NCBI GenBank assembly: GCA_020630115.1
Contig: JAHDCA010000002.1
Span: 1 to 25,903 of the forward strand
DNA length: 25,903 bases
From: Candidatus Dojkabacteria bacterium
GTDB taxonomy: Bacteria; Patescibacteriota; Dojkabacteria; SC72; JAHDCA01
Reading direction: 5' to 3'
The position numbers and the translations under genes are program-made. How positions within the stretch are numbered: position 1 is the first letter of the stretch; each line of letters begins with the position of its first letter. This document shows, piece after piece, positions 1 to 7,672 of this stretch. Below the pieces are notes generated by a model. That model was not told the origin of the DNA. It did not search any database and saw only the letters and a list, made by a program, of their open reading frames with translations.

Positions 1-1
1 A

Positions 2-460
2 ATATTTACGCTAAGAAGCGAAATCACAACTAAACAAAATATCCTAGAGAAGCTCGAAAATAAAATCGACAACACAGTAAACCTTAGAGAACAGAAAGAC
101 CAGAATCTTCTAACATTTCAAAAAATGGAAAAATTATTCCCAAGAGATAAAAACTTCAGTTTAATGATGAGCAATATCGAAGCCTTAGCTAACAAGTATG
201 ATTACGAAGTTAAAAGCATGGGATTCACAGAGAACACAGAAAATCTAGATCTGGACCTCAATCATCTTGCACCAACTAACCTCAACTTCTCAATCTCTGG
301 AAGCCAACAAAATCTTGTACCGTTCATGCAAGAGCTAGAGTCATTCCCTAATTCACCAACAATTAGACAAGTCAGTTTCACAAATGAAACAGATGAAAAT
401 GGAAGGAAATTCTACTCACTGGGAGTACTAATTTATCATAACGAAGCATCTAATGAATAG
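2..460 (+). CDS. pilO: Type IV pilus assembly protein PilO-like (5'-partial; the frame is open to the window edge)
   Basis: The frame of track ORF 125..460 stays open from position 2 (IFTLRSEITTKQNILEKLENKIDNTVNLREQKDQNLLTFQK, coiled-coil-like). It continues with LFPRDKNFSLMMSNIEALA and LNFSISGSQQNLVPFMQELESFP, resembling the PilO/GspM ferredoxin-like domain. Confidence 0.65.
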   Translation: MFTLRSEITTKQNILEKLENKIDNTVNLREQKDQNLLTFQKMEKLFPRDKNFSLMMSNIEALANKYDYEVKSMGFTENTENLDLDLNHLAPTNLNFSISGSQQNLVPFMQELESFPNSPTIRQVSFTNETDENGRKFYSLGVLIYHNEASNE

Positions 461-686
461 TCTTTTGGGAAAAGCAAAATTTATCGTAATCCTTTTGGGT
501 ATACTTGTTGTGGCGTGGGCTTTTATAACAATTTACGATAACCAAGCTAATGTTGAGCTTAATCCTTCTGCTCAGAGTTTAAGCACCCCTATCACAGGCT
601 CATTTGACCTTGAAACAATCAATAATCTTGAATCCTCAATGGATGAAAATCTTTACGTACCAGTGGAAAGGTTTATTGAGAATTAA
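453..686 (+). CDS. Small single-pass membrane protein, probably the last gene of the pilus assembly operon
   Basis: 77 aa with an N-terminal hydrophobic helix (FIVILLGILVVAWAFITIY). Overlaps the upstream stop by 8 nt, suggesting translational coupling. Confidence 0.7.
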   Translation: MNSLLGKAKFIVILLGILVVAWAFITIYDNQANVELNPSAQSLSTPITGSFDLETINNLESSMDENLYVPVERFIEN

Positions 687-690
687 TAAA

Positions 691-720
691 AATAAAAGAG
701 GGCTAATTATATTAGCCCTC
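691..720 (-). terminator. Intrinsic terminator for rpoD, possibly bidirectional
   Basis: Perfect 10-bp inverted repeat GAGGGCTAAT-tat-ATTAGCCCTC (698-720). The A-rich run at 684-697 reads as a U tract on the minus strand. It lies between convergent genes. Confidence 0.8.
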
Positions 721-746
721 CCTTGATAGTAAAAGTTCTTCTCAAA

Positions 747-1838
747 CTACATCATCTTAATATAGTCTTCCAAGCTTTTACTCAAAGATTTCTCCTTAAG
801 CTTCTTTAAAGCCTTTGCTTCAATCTGCCTAATTCTTTCTCGAGTAACTCCAAATTCTTTACCGACTTCTTCAAGTGTTCTTGTAACACCATCATCAAGC
901 CCAAACCTTAAAGCAAGAACCCTTTTTTCCCTATCCTGCAAAGTATCAATGATCTCGTGCATTTGATTCTTAAGATAAGCTGTTACAGCTATCTGTTCTG
1001 GAGTCTCTGAGCCCTCATCAGGCAAGATATCCTGCAGAGTGTTATCTTTCTCCTCACCAATAGGTGTTGCTAGGGATGAAGGGTTTTGGGAGATCTTCAT
1101 AATCTCAGCAACCTTACTTACTTCAATATCCATTTCTTGAGCGATCTGTTCGTGAGTTGGCTTCTTACCAAGTCTCGCAGTCAAGACTGCCTGAGTCTTA
1201 TTGAACTTATTAATTGTTTCTATCATATGAACAGGAATACGAATCGTCCTTGCCTGATCAGCAATAGCCCTTGTGATAGCCTGCCTGATCCACCAAGTAG
1301 CATAAGTTGAGAACTTAAACCCCTTTGTGTAATCAAACTTCTCAACTGCTTTCATTAGACCGATGTTTCCTTCTTGGATCAAATCTAACATATCAAGCCC
1401 TCTTTTAGCATACTTCTTAGCTATACTTACTACCAACCTCAAGTTAGCAGTTATTAAAAGCTGAACAGCTTCTTGATCACCTTTTTCAATTCTCTTAGCA
1501 AGTATTACCTCTTCCTCTGCAATCAAAAGTGGGATTTTACCTATCTCGTGTAGATAGGATCTAATTGCATCTGTTGAAATTGTTGATTGGATTGTTTTAA
1601 GTATCCGAATCTTCCTCTCAAGTGTCAATTGCTCTTCAGTTACACCATCTTCAGCTTTCTCAGGCTCAAGTACTTCAACCTCTTCTTCTTGTAGCCTTGC
1701 AAACAATTGATATAAAGTTGGTAAGTCATCCTCAATATTAGGAATAACAAGCATTATCTCATCTTGCGTTAAAAATCCTTGTGCAACACCTAACTTTACT
1801 AGATCTTCTATTAATTGCTCTTTCTTTTTACTAGCCAT
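747..1838 (-). CDS. rpoD: Primary RNA polymerase sigma-70 factor RpoD/SigA (no non-conserved region)
   Basis: Region 1.1-like N-terminus, region 1.2 ([16 protein letters not shown]), region 2 ([62 protein letters not shown]) and region 4 ([24 protein letters not shown]). Confidence 0.97.
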   Translation of the reverse strand: MASKKKEQLIEDLVKLGVAQGFLTQDEIMLVIPNIEDDLPTLYQLFARLQEEEVEVLEPEKAEDGVTEEQLTLERKIRILKTIQSTISTDAIRSYLHEIGKIPLLIAEEEVILAKRIEKGDQEAVQLLITANLRLVVSIAKKYAKRGLDMLDLIQEGNIGLMKAVEKFDYTKGFKFSTYATWWIRQAITRAIADQARTIRIPVHMIETINKFNKTQAVLTARLGKKPTHEQIAQEMDIEVSKVAEIMKISQNPSSLATPIGEEKDNTLQDILPDEGSETPEQIAVTAYLKNQMHEIIDTLQDREKRVLALRFGLDDGVTRTLEEVGKEFGVTRERIRQIEAKALKKLKEKSLSKSLEDYIKMM

Positions 1839-1849
1839 TTGTACGCTTA

Positions 1850-1858
1850 TGCTATAAT
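1850..1858 (+). promoter_or_regulatory. Extended -10 promoter (TGcTATAAT), probably giving a leaderless transcript
   Basis: Perfect TGnTATAAT ending 7 nt before the ATG at 1866, within a 27-bp divergent gap. Confidence 0.6.
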
Positions 1859-1865
1859 TTTATAT

Positions 1866-2246
1866 ATGTTTAGACGTTCGCATCAAGATAACAATAGGAA
1901 TAAAACTTCTAAGAAAGGTCCTCAAAAGCCCGAGGATAAGGCTAAGTTTTATTTAGATTCTATTGCTAACTTTTGTGATAAATGCGGCACTGCCTATACT
2001 ACTAATGATGTTAAAGTTATCCAAGATAACGGTTTCAACGCGATTATACACTTTTCATGCTCAAAATGTAAGGCGACGAATGTCGCAAGCTTCCTAAAGC
2101 CAGTTGGGATGAGTAGCAGAATGCCAATAAACAGTGACTTGGACACATCGGAACTAAAGAAATTTGCTGAACTTGAGGCGATTGATTCTGATGATGTTAT
2201 AGAGGCAGATACTGTACTCTTTGAAGAAGATTCACCAACACTTTAA
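1866..2246 (+). CDS. Uncharacterised zinc-ribbon protein (CxxC-x24-CxxC)
   Basis: Motif CDKC...CSKC with an acidic C-terminal segment (IDSDDVIEAD). Start reassigned from 1815 (overlaps rpoD) to ATG 1866; 126 aa. Confidence 0.75.
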   Translation: MFRRSHQDNNRNKTSKKGPQKPEDKAKFYLDSIANFCDKCGTAYTTNDVKVIQDNGFNAIIHFSCSKCKATNVASFLKPVGMSSRMPINSDLDTSELKKFAELEAIDSDDVIEADTVLFEEDSPTL

Positions 2247-2296
2247 AACAACCCCCTGTAGAGATCGAATATAGAATGTAAGTATAAAACCAGATG

Positions 2297-5200
2297 TTAG
2301 AACTCCCACTTAATAACTTTCGTAAGATCTGTCTTAAGATCTAATGTTCCCTCAAGCTTATTACCATTAACTGTTAATTCCTGATTATCAGTTATACTCC
2401 AAAATTCTGGATGTGTAATTGTTAGATTCAATTTATCCTCATTAGTACCAGGTTGTTTAAACATTCTTAAATCTAACTCGCCGAAATTATCATTTGAACT
2501 AAACGGTAAGTAACTAGATTGATTATCTAATTTGTATTGAATGTCTAATTGATTTCCTTGACCAGCAGGAACATTGAACCAACCTGCAATCTCTAATCGA
2601 TCAGTCAATTTATTAGTTGAATACCTCCCTTCTTCAAAACCTGTTACAGTTTGGATCTGAGCATTCAAAGGTAGATACAGCCTTAAATAATTAACGTAAT
2701 CACCCTCTGGGTAAGTATTTGAAACCGAATTATTTTTGAGATCTAACCTGTAAGAGTAATTTATCTCTTGAGGCCCTACGATATCTAAGTTCAATGTATG
2801 GACACGATCTAAGAAGAAGTTGGCTTTGTTTGCCCCCCAGTTCCATTCGACGATTGCTGGAGTAGCTAAGGATTTCTTCGAGATGTTACCGTCCCAACCT
2901 TTACTAATTATGAACTCTTGGGCTTGAGAATTTTTCAGATTTAGGAGTATATGCTTCTGATCTAAACTTTGCGACATCACTTCGCTTAAGTCTTGAAGGT
3001 CATTAATATTCAATGAGAAAAACCTATTCATAACTACTTGAACTAACTCTTTAGTAAAATCTGATTTCAATGATGACCCTGGAGTAAACTCGTTATGGAT
3101 CTCAAATATCTTAGTATAGATATTATCTTGATCTATCAACTCTCCATTTACCTCTACCCCACCCCATTTGTTAAGCAACAATTGTAAGAATGTCACGTCA
3201 ACAGCTATCACACCATCTACAGAACCTACCTTACCTGACTCAACAAGTAACTTTTCGGCGTCTAAGGCTACGTCACTAAACTCAGGATCCCAATTAGCCA
3301 AAGAGAATGTCCAATTGTTGATCGCTAAGGCATCACCCATATCTGCTGGTGGAACTTGCGTCTCTCCATTATTATTGGAAGGTAAGAGCAAGCCATCAAT
3401 ATTGTATACATCTCCAACTTCGATTCCACCTCTGACTCTTCCTCTTTCTATTGAGATTATTCCGTAACTTGATAACCATCCTCCTGAACTTCTTAATTCT
3501 GTTGGATTCTGAAAAAGCACTAAATATCTCTGCCTTTCTTCTAAGCCTAATAACTGTGGCAAGTAAATTAGCATCTTTGATATAGGATCGACTTGTTCAA
3601 TTGTATTGGAGTTGAAATTCTTCATATCAACAATATATTTTTGAACAAAACCAGGGAAGGCTTCAGTGTCAGTACTTTCAATTATTGCTGAACCTTCATT
3701 TATATCTCGAAGAGCTAGAAGTATCTCCCCACTTGTACTATCAAGTTCTTGTAGTTCTTGAGTATATTCTCTAGTTTGCGTTGTTTGAACTCCTAAACCT
3801 GCTACATCGAAGGCCTTAACATACTCCTGCAATGGACTCACCCAGTCTAACATCTGATTACCACCTCCAGCGATCTGCTCTGCTGCGTATACAAGATTAT
3901 TAAGTTCAAAATGTAAATCTTCTTGTCCAGTAATATTAGCAAGCCAGCCAAGTTGTGAGACACTCCAATTTATATTTGAAAGATGATTCTCAGATCTGCT
4001 TATCTGAGTTGTTGCATCGTCAAATTCAAGATTTGCAATAGAAGTTTGTGCGTTCTTTAGATTGAAGTAAACTACTGTACCTGAAACTAATCCAACAAGC
4101 ATCGGTGCTATTAAAAAGTAAAAGATCACACCAAGTAGAATTGCAATTGCACTTACCCTGAGAATACTCAAGGATCTTACAAAACCTGTTAGTCTGGAAC
4201 TAGTGTTACTAAACCAACCAAAGATCTTTCCAAAAGGACTTGATATCGCATAAACTATTTCACCAAACTTCGTTCTAACTATAATCGGTTTAGCCTGAGA
4301 AAGCGGAACCTGCTTATCACTAAGGTCTTTCTGTCTTTTTCGATATTTCTCTAACTCTTGATCAAAATCATAATGCTCTGACTGGTTAAATTTCCAAGCC
4401 TTATTATTCTCTTTATACAAAAAAGACATAAGATTTCCGAGCATTAACTCTAACGGAACCTTCTGAGACCACCCATACTCAGTAGCATTAGGAGCAGGGA
4501 CATATTGAGAATAAAGTACTTCATGTTTATCACCTTCCTCAAATTTTATGTTCCTAGCATCAATATCAAGTTCAAGTAACTTATATGCTATAGAAAGAGA
4601 TGTGTAATCATGATTATTCGCTAAAGTAATAACCTCACCTGCAACCTTACGATCAAATGTTAATTTCACAAGTCCATAGACTGCGTCTTCAACATCAATA
4701 ACATAATGAGTTTTAAGACCTTCCCCACGAATATTTATTGAATTACCTTTAACTGAGGACTTCAAGATATCCAGAAGCTCATCATCTTGCAATGGTAAGA
4801 ATCCTTCACCTAAAACTTCTCCTATCCTTACAATCCTAGCATTCAAGTTGTTTTTATCATGATATTCAGCAGTAACCGTTTCAACATACTTTTGAAGTTC
4901 ATGCTTACTATAACCTTCCGGCTTTATATAAGATGTACTCGATAGTAATTGAGAGTATTTCTGATGTAGATATACTGTTGAGACCAATGAGAATTTTGCA
5001 TCGTACTTAACAGCCGCATTTAAGACTTCGCTCAACCTATTTGACTCAGTCAAAAATTCTTTGCTATCCAGACTATCCCTGGAGGATATATAGTTGTTAA
5101 ATAAGTAAAAGACATAATCAATCCTCTTTATGTTATCAAAGAGCCCTTGACTACCTTCTTGATCAACAAAGTCTACATCCTTCAGCGACTTTAATTTCTT

Positions 5201-5383
5201 TACATATGGCTTTGTAAATTTATCGAAAGTATCAAGAACAATAACCTTATTACCTTGATCAGAGAGAGTCTTAGCTAATTCGTAACCAATCTGGTTTGCA
5301 CCATGATAAAGTAATGATATAAGGGTCTGAGTTTTAATCTTTTCAAATGTTTTTTGCGTTGTTGTTTTTTTAGCCATGCTCAA
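2297..5383 (-). CDS. Fusion of a degenerate NAD-dependent epimerase/dehydratase-like domain, a TM segment and an extracytoplasmic DUF4012 domain
   Basis: The N-terminal ~320 aa follow the extended-SDR layout (KVIVLDTF, FSLVSTVY, NARIVRIGEVLGEG, YVIDVEDAVYGLVK). A TM segment lies near aa 410-440. The C-terminus has DUF4012-type motifs YLVLFQNPTELRSSGG, NWDPEF, DGVIAVD, WNWGANKANF and YVNYLRLYLP. Confidence 0.85.
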   Translation of the reverse strand: MSMAKKTTTQKTFEKIKTQTLISLLYHGANQIGYELAKTLSDQGNKVIVLDTFDKFTKPYVKKLKSLKDVDFVDQEGSQGLFDNIKRIDYVFYLFNNYISSRDSLDSKEFLTESNRLSEVLNAAVKYDAKFSLVSTVYLHQKYSQLLSSTSYIKPEGYSKHELQKYVETVTAEYHDKNNLNARIVRIGEVLGEGFLPLQDDELLDILKSSVKGNSINIRGEGLKTHYVIDVEDAVYGLVKLTFDRKVAGEVITLANNHDYTSLSIAYKLLELDIDARNIKFEEGDKHEVLYSQYVPAPNATEYGWSQKVPLELMLGNLMSFLYKENNKAWKFNQSEHYDFDQELEKYRKRQKDLSDKQVPLSQAKPIIVRTKFGEIVYAISSPFGKIFGWFSNTSSRLTGFVRSLSILRVSAIAILLGVIFYFLIAPMLVGLVSGTVVYFNLKNAQTSIANLEFDDATTQISRSENHLSNINWSVSQLGWLANITGQEDLHFELNNLVYAAEQIAGGGNQMLDWVSPLQEYVKAFDVAGLGVQTTQTREYTQELQELDSTSGEILLALRDINEGSAIIESTDTEAFPGFVQKYIVDMKNFNSNTIEQVDPISKMLIYLPQLLGLEERQRYLVLFQNPTELRSSGGWLSSYGIISIERGRVRGGIEVGDVYNIDGLLLPSNNNGETQVPPADMGDALAINNWTFSLANWDPEFSDVALDAEKLLVESGKVGSVDGVIAVDVTFLQLLLNKWGGVEVNGELIDQDNIYTKIFEIHNEFTPGSSLKSDFTKELVQVVMNRFFSLNINDLQDLSEVMSQSLDQKHILLNLKNSQAQEFIISKGWDGNISKKSLATPAIVEWNWGANKANFFLDRVHTLNLDIVGPQEINYSYRLDLKNNSVSNTYPEGDYVNYLRLYLPLNAQIQTVTGFEEGRYSTNKLTDRLEIAGWFNVPAGQGNQLDIQYKLDNQSSYLPFSSNDNFGELDLRMFKQPGTNEDKLNLTITHPEFWSITDNQELTVNGNKLEGTLDLKTDLTKVIKWEF

Positions 5384-6022
5384 TTATAAGTTTATAGGAA
5401 TTGGTAATAGATTGCTTTCAATTTCAGTATTGTAACCCTCATTAATGGTTAGCTCAATTTCCAAGTCATCATACCCTGAGGCTTCAAATCGGATTTTATA
5501 AAGAGCAGGTAATAATTCATATCGTACCATTGGAGTCGACCCTACCTCTCTACCATCGATGAACACTTTTGTAGTCTCAGGCTTAGTATTAATTGTTAGA
5601 TAACCTACTCCATCTCTAGCGACTTTATTCTTTGATGTTGTAGCGGCGTACCCGATAAAACTATCATTAGGTACGATCTCGGCAACCACAGTCCCAGTAG
5701 TACCTTCTTCAATATCTAAAGTAAAGAACTGAGGTTGATAAGCCCCAACGATTTCACTCTCTCTAGCAATTTCTACTTTGTATATCCCAGGAGATAAATC
5801 TTGAATCTGAACAGGGGTTGAACCGTGATCTTGATTATTAACCTTAACTGAAAGCTCAGGTGTATTAGGCATTGAAAGCACCTCGATTTGTGAGTTATTA
5901 GTAAACTCTTTGAAGTACGGTAGTTGATCTCTAAATGAATTGAAAGGTACAAAGATTAGAAATATCGAAATGCCAAAAAGGATTAAAAATACAATGAGTG
6001 AGATCCTTATGTACTTATTCAT
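5384..6022 (-). CDS. Membrane-anchored PEGA-domain protein (two PEGA-like repeats)
   Basis: N-terminal TM followed by SVKVNNQDHGSTPVQIQDLSPGIYKVEI and YLTINTKPETTKVFIDGREVGSTPM...ALYKIRFEASGY. Its stop abuts the next ATG. Confidence 0.85.
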   Translation of the reverse strand: MNKYIRISLIVFLILFGISIFLIFVPFNSFRDQLPYFKEFTNNSQIEVLSMPNTPELSVKVNNQDHGSTPVQIQDLSPGIYKVEIARESEIVGAYQPQFFTLDIEEGTTGTVVAEIVPNDSFIGYAATTSKNKVARDGVGYLTINTKPETTKVFIDGREVGSTPMVRYELLPALYKIRFEASGYDDLEIELTINEGYNTEIESNLLPIPINL

Positions 6023-6027
6023 ATTAT

Positions 6028-6035
6028 ATTATACT
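6028..6035. promoter_or_regulatory. Overlapping divergent -10 elements (ATTATACT)
   Basis: Minus-strand TATAAT (6033-6028) lies 5 nt before ATG 6022. Plus-strand TATACT (6030-6035) lies upstream of ung. Confidence 0.5.
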
Positions 6036-6059
6036 CAAAAGTATTATTTTAAAAAGCTT

Positions 6060-6716
6060 ATGCAAACGTTTATGACTTGGGACAAATTATTAAAGCATTT
6101 CAAAGCAAAACCTGAGTATAAGATGCTAATTAAAAATGTCGAAAAAGAATATAATAGTTCGAACTGTTTCCCTGAATTCACAAATATTTTTAAAGCACTA
6201 GAGCTTACTACTCCTGACAACCTCAAAGTAATTATAATCGGTCAAGACCCTTACCACAAAGCTGGTCAAGCTATGGGTTTGAGCTTCTCAATCCCTAACG
6301 GTAATAAAATGCAACCATCCCTTAGAAATATATTCAAAGAATTAAAAGATGACATTGATATTGTTAGACATCAAACTGATCTTTCAGATTGGGCAAAGCA
6401 AGGAGTCCTATTACTAAATACTTCACTTACTGTAAGAGAGAATGAACCAAACACGCACAAAGATATAGGATGGGAAATTTATACTTCAGAGGTCATTAAA
6501 CGAATCTCATCATACAAGAGGAATATCGTTTTCATACTTTGGGGAAATCACGCACAAGAATACGAAAAATATATCCAAGATGCCAACAATCATTTCGTAA
6601 TAAAATCAAGCCACCCCTCTCCTTTCTCAGCTCATAAATCATTTCTAGGAAGCAAACCCTTTAGTAAAACCAATTCTTTCTTAATTTCGAAAAATATTAA
6701 AACTATCAACTGGTAA
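6060..6716 (+). CDS. ung: Uracil-DNA glycosylase, family 1
   Basis: Motifs GQDPYH, GLSFS, PSLRNIFKEL, QGVLLLNTSLTV, VFILWGNHAQ and HPSPFS. Start is ATG 6060 or 6072; the track start at 5940 overlaps the divergent gene. Confidence 0.95.
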   Translation: MQTFMTWDKLLKHFKAKPEYKMLIKNVEKEYNSSNCFPEFTNIFKALELTTPDNLKVIIIGQDPYHKAGQAMGLSFSIPNGNKMQPSLRNIFKELKDDIDIVRHQTDLSDWAKQGVLLLNTSLTVRENEPNTHKDIGWEIYTSEVIKRISSYKRNIVFILWGNHAQEYEKYIQDANNHFVIKSSHPSPFSAHKSFLGSKPFSKTNSFLISKNIKTINW

Positions 6717-6723
6717 CCTGAGA

Positions 6724-6966
6724 TTAACCACCGAAGAAAACGCTACCTCCAGAACAACCACAACATAGTGTAAACACCAAAGTAACGCCGATGGCCATTA
6801 TCAAGAAACTCCTATCTCTCTGAGATAAATCAAAGTTAAAGAAGTTGTTAGTATTAAAAGATGATGCTTGAGCACTCCTAGTTTGAGAATTTGGTTTAGC
6901 CTTGGAAGATGACTTCTTAGTAGCTTTAAAGCTGTCAACTTTTTTAGCTTTCTTTACTGTTGCCAT
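6724..6966 (-). CDS. Small Lys/Ser-rich protein with a C-terminal TM ending in CCGC
   Basis: 80 aa with a basic low-complexity N-terminus and hydrophobic FLIMAIGVTLVFTL followed by CCGCSGG. Overlaps the 3' end of the methyltransferase gene by 23 nt. Confidence 0.6.
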   Translation of the reverse strand: MATVKKAKKVDSFKATKKSSSKAKPNSQTRSAQASSFNTNNFFNFDLSQRDRSFLIMAIGVTLVFTLCCGCSGGSVFFGG

Positions 6967-7654
6967 TTGTTTTTTGCAAGATTAAATAGTAATTAAGTTT
7001 ACCAGATTTCCCATCTGATCTAAAACTTTCAATTTTATATCCTTTAGCTCTAAGTATCTCTTCGACCTCCAGTATCTCTTCATCACTGAAGAAGTGACAG
7101 AACCTTTCGGATTCAACACCTCTTTTCCAAGTATTAATATAATCATCACCTGAAAACTTTCCACTGGTTTCCAGGGTTTTCCCCAACTTTGATCGACCTG
7201 TCCACATCGTAACCACAACATACCCACCTTCTACACATAGTTTTCCACACTCATCAATAAAATCTACCCTCTGCTGAAAGTCCGGAATATGATGGATAAC
7301 CCCAAAGGCAACAACGGTGTCAAATTTCTCGATTGGCCACTTGTCATTAAACATATCCCAACTTTCAAAAACATACCTTTCATCGAAAAACTCCTTAGCT
7401 TGATTGATCCACTTAGTAGCGAAATCCAAACCAAGAAACCTACTTGGTTTAGTGCCATTCTTAAGCAGGTAATTAAGAAACCTCCCATTACCACAACCAA
7501 TATCAACTACTGTCTTCCCAACTACTTCCATCCTCATAAGCGCAGCCCAACCATCCCAGGAAGCATCTATAGAAAGATGCGAACTATTATTGACTTCAAA
7601 GATTTTATTATAGAAATTTTTATTAATTTCATTAAATTCGTCGTTTTCTAGCAT
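6944..7654 (-). CDS. Class I SAM-dependent methyltransferase, Trm9/ALKBH8-like
   Basis: Motif I (VVDIGCGNGRFL), motif II (LGLDFA), FDTVVAFGVIHHIP, GGYVVVTMW and C-terminal RFCHFF...NYYLILQK. Methyltransferase function is confident; the Trm9 subfamily assignment is an inference. Confidence 0.9.
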   Translation of the reverse strand: MLENDEFNEINKNFYNKIFEVNNSSHLSIDASWDGWAALMRMEVVGKTVVDIGCGNGRFLNYLLKNGTKPSRFLGLDFATKWINQAKEFFDERYVFESWDMFNDKWPIEKFDTVVAFGVIHHIPDFQQRVDFIDECGKLCVEGGYVVVTMWTGRSKLGKTLETSGKFSGDDYINTWKRGVESERFCHFFSDEEILEVEEILRAKGYKIESFRSDGKSGKLNYYLILQKTNGNSKES

Positions 7655-7659
7655 AGTGT

Positions 7660-7667
7660 ATTATAAT
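7660..7667. promoter_or_regulatory. Palindromic bidirectional -10 element ATTATAAT
   Basis: Gives TATAAT on both strands, each exactly 5 nt before a start codon (ATG 7654 minus, GTG 7673 plus). Confidence 0.7.
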
Positions 7668-7672
7668 CCAAT

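Noticed and set aside
5940-6059. Longer ORF-track starts (ung 5940; also 1815, 13676 and 20521)
   Set aside because: They overlap neighbouring genes or promoters; downstream ATGs fit family N-termini and promoter or coupling signals better.
6724-6966. Trm112-like activator for the Trm9-like enzyme
   Set aside because: It is a TM microprotein lacking the Trm112 zinc-knuckle and YPIxxGIP pattern; the Zn-ribbon protein at 1866 also lacks it.
7289-7651. 120-aa plus-strand ORF (also 6982..7227 and 7264..7506)
   Set aside because: These are antisense or alternate-frame shadows of the methyltransferase.
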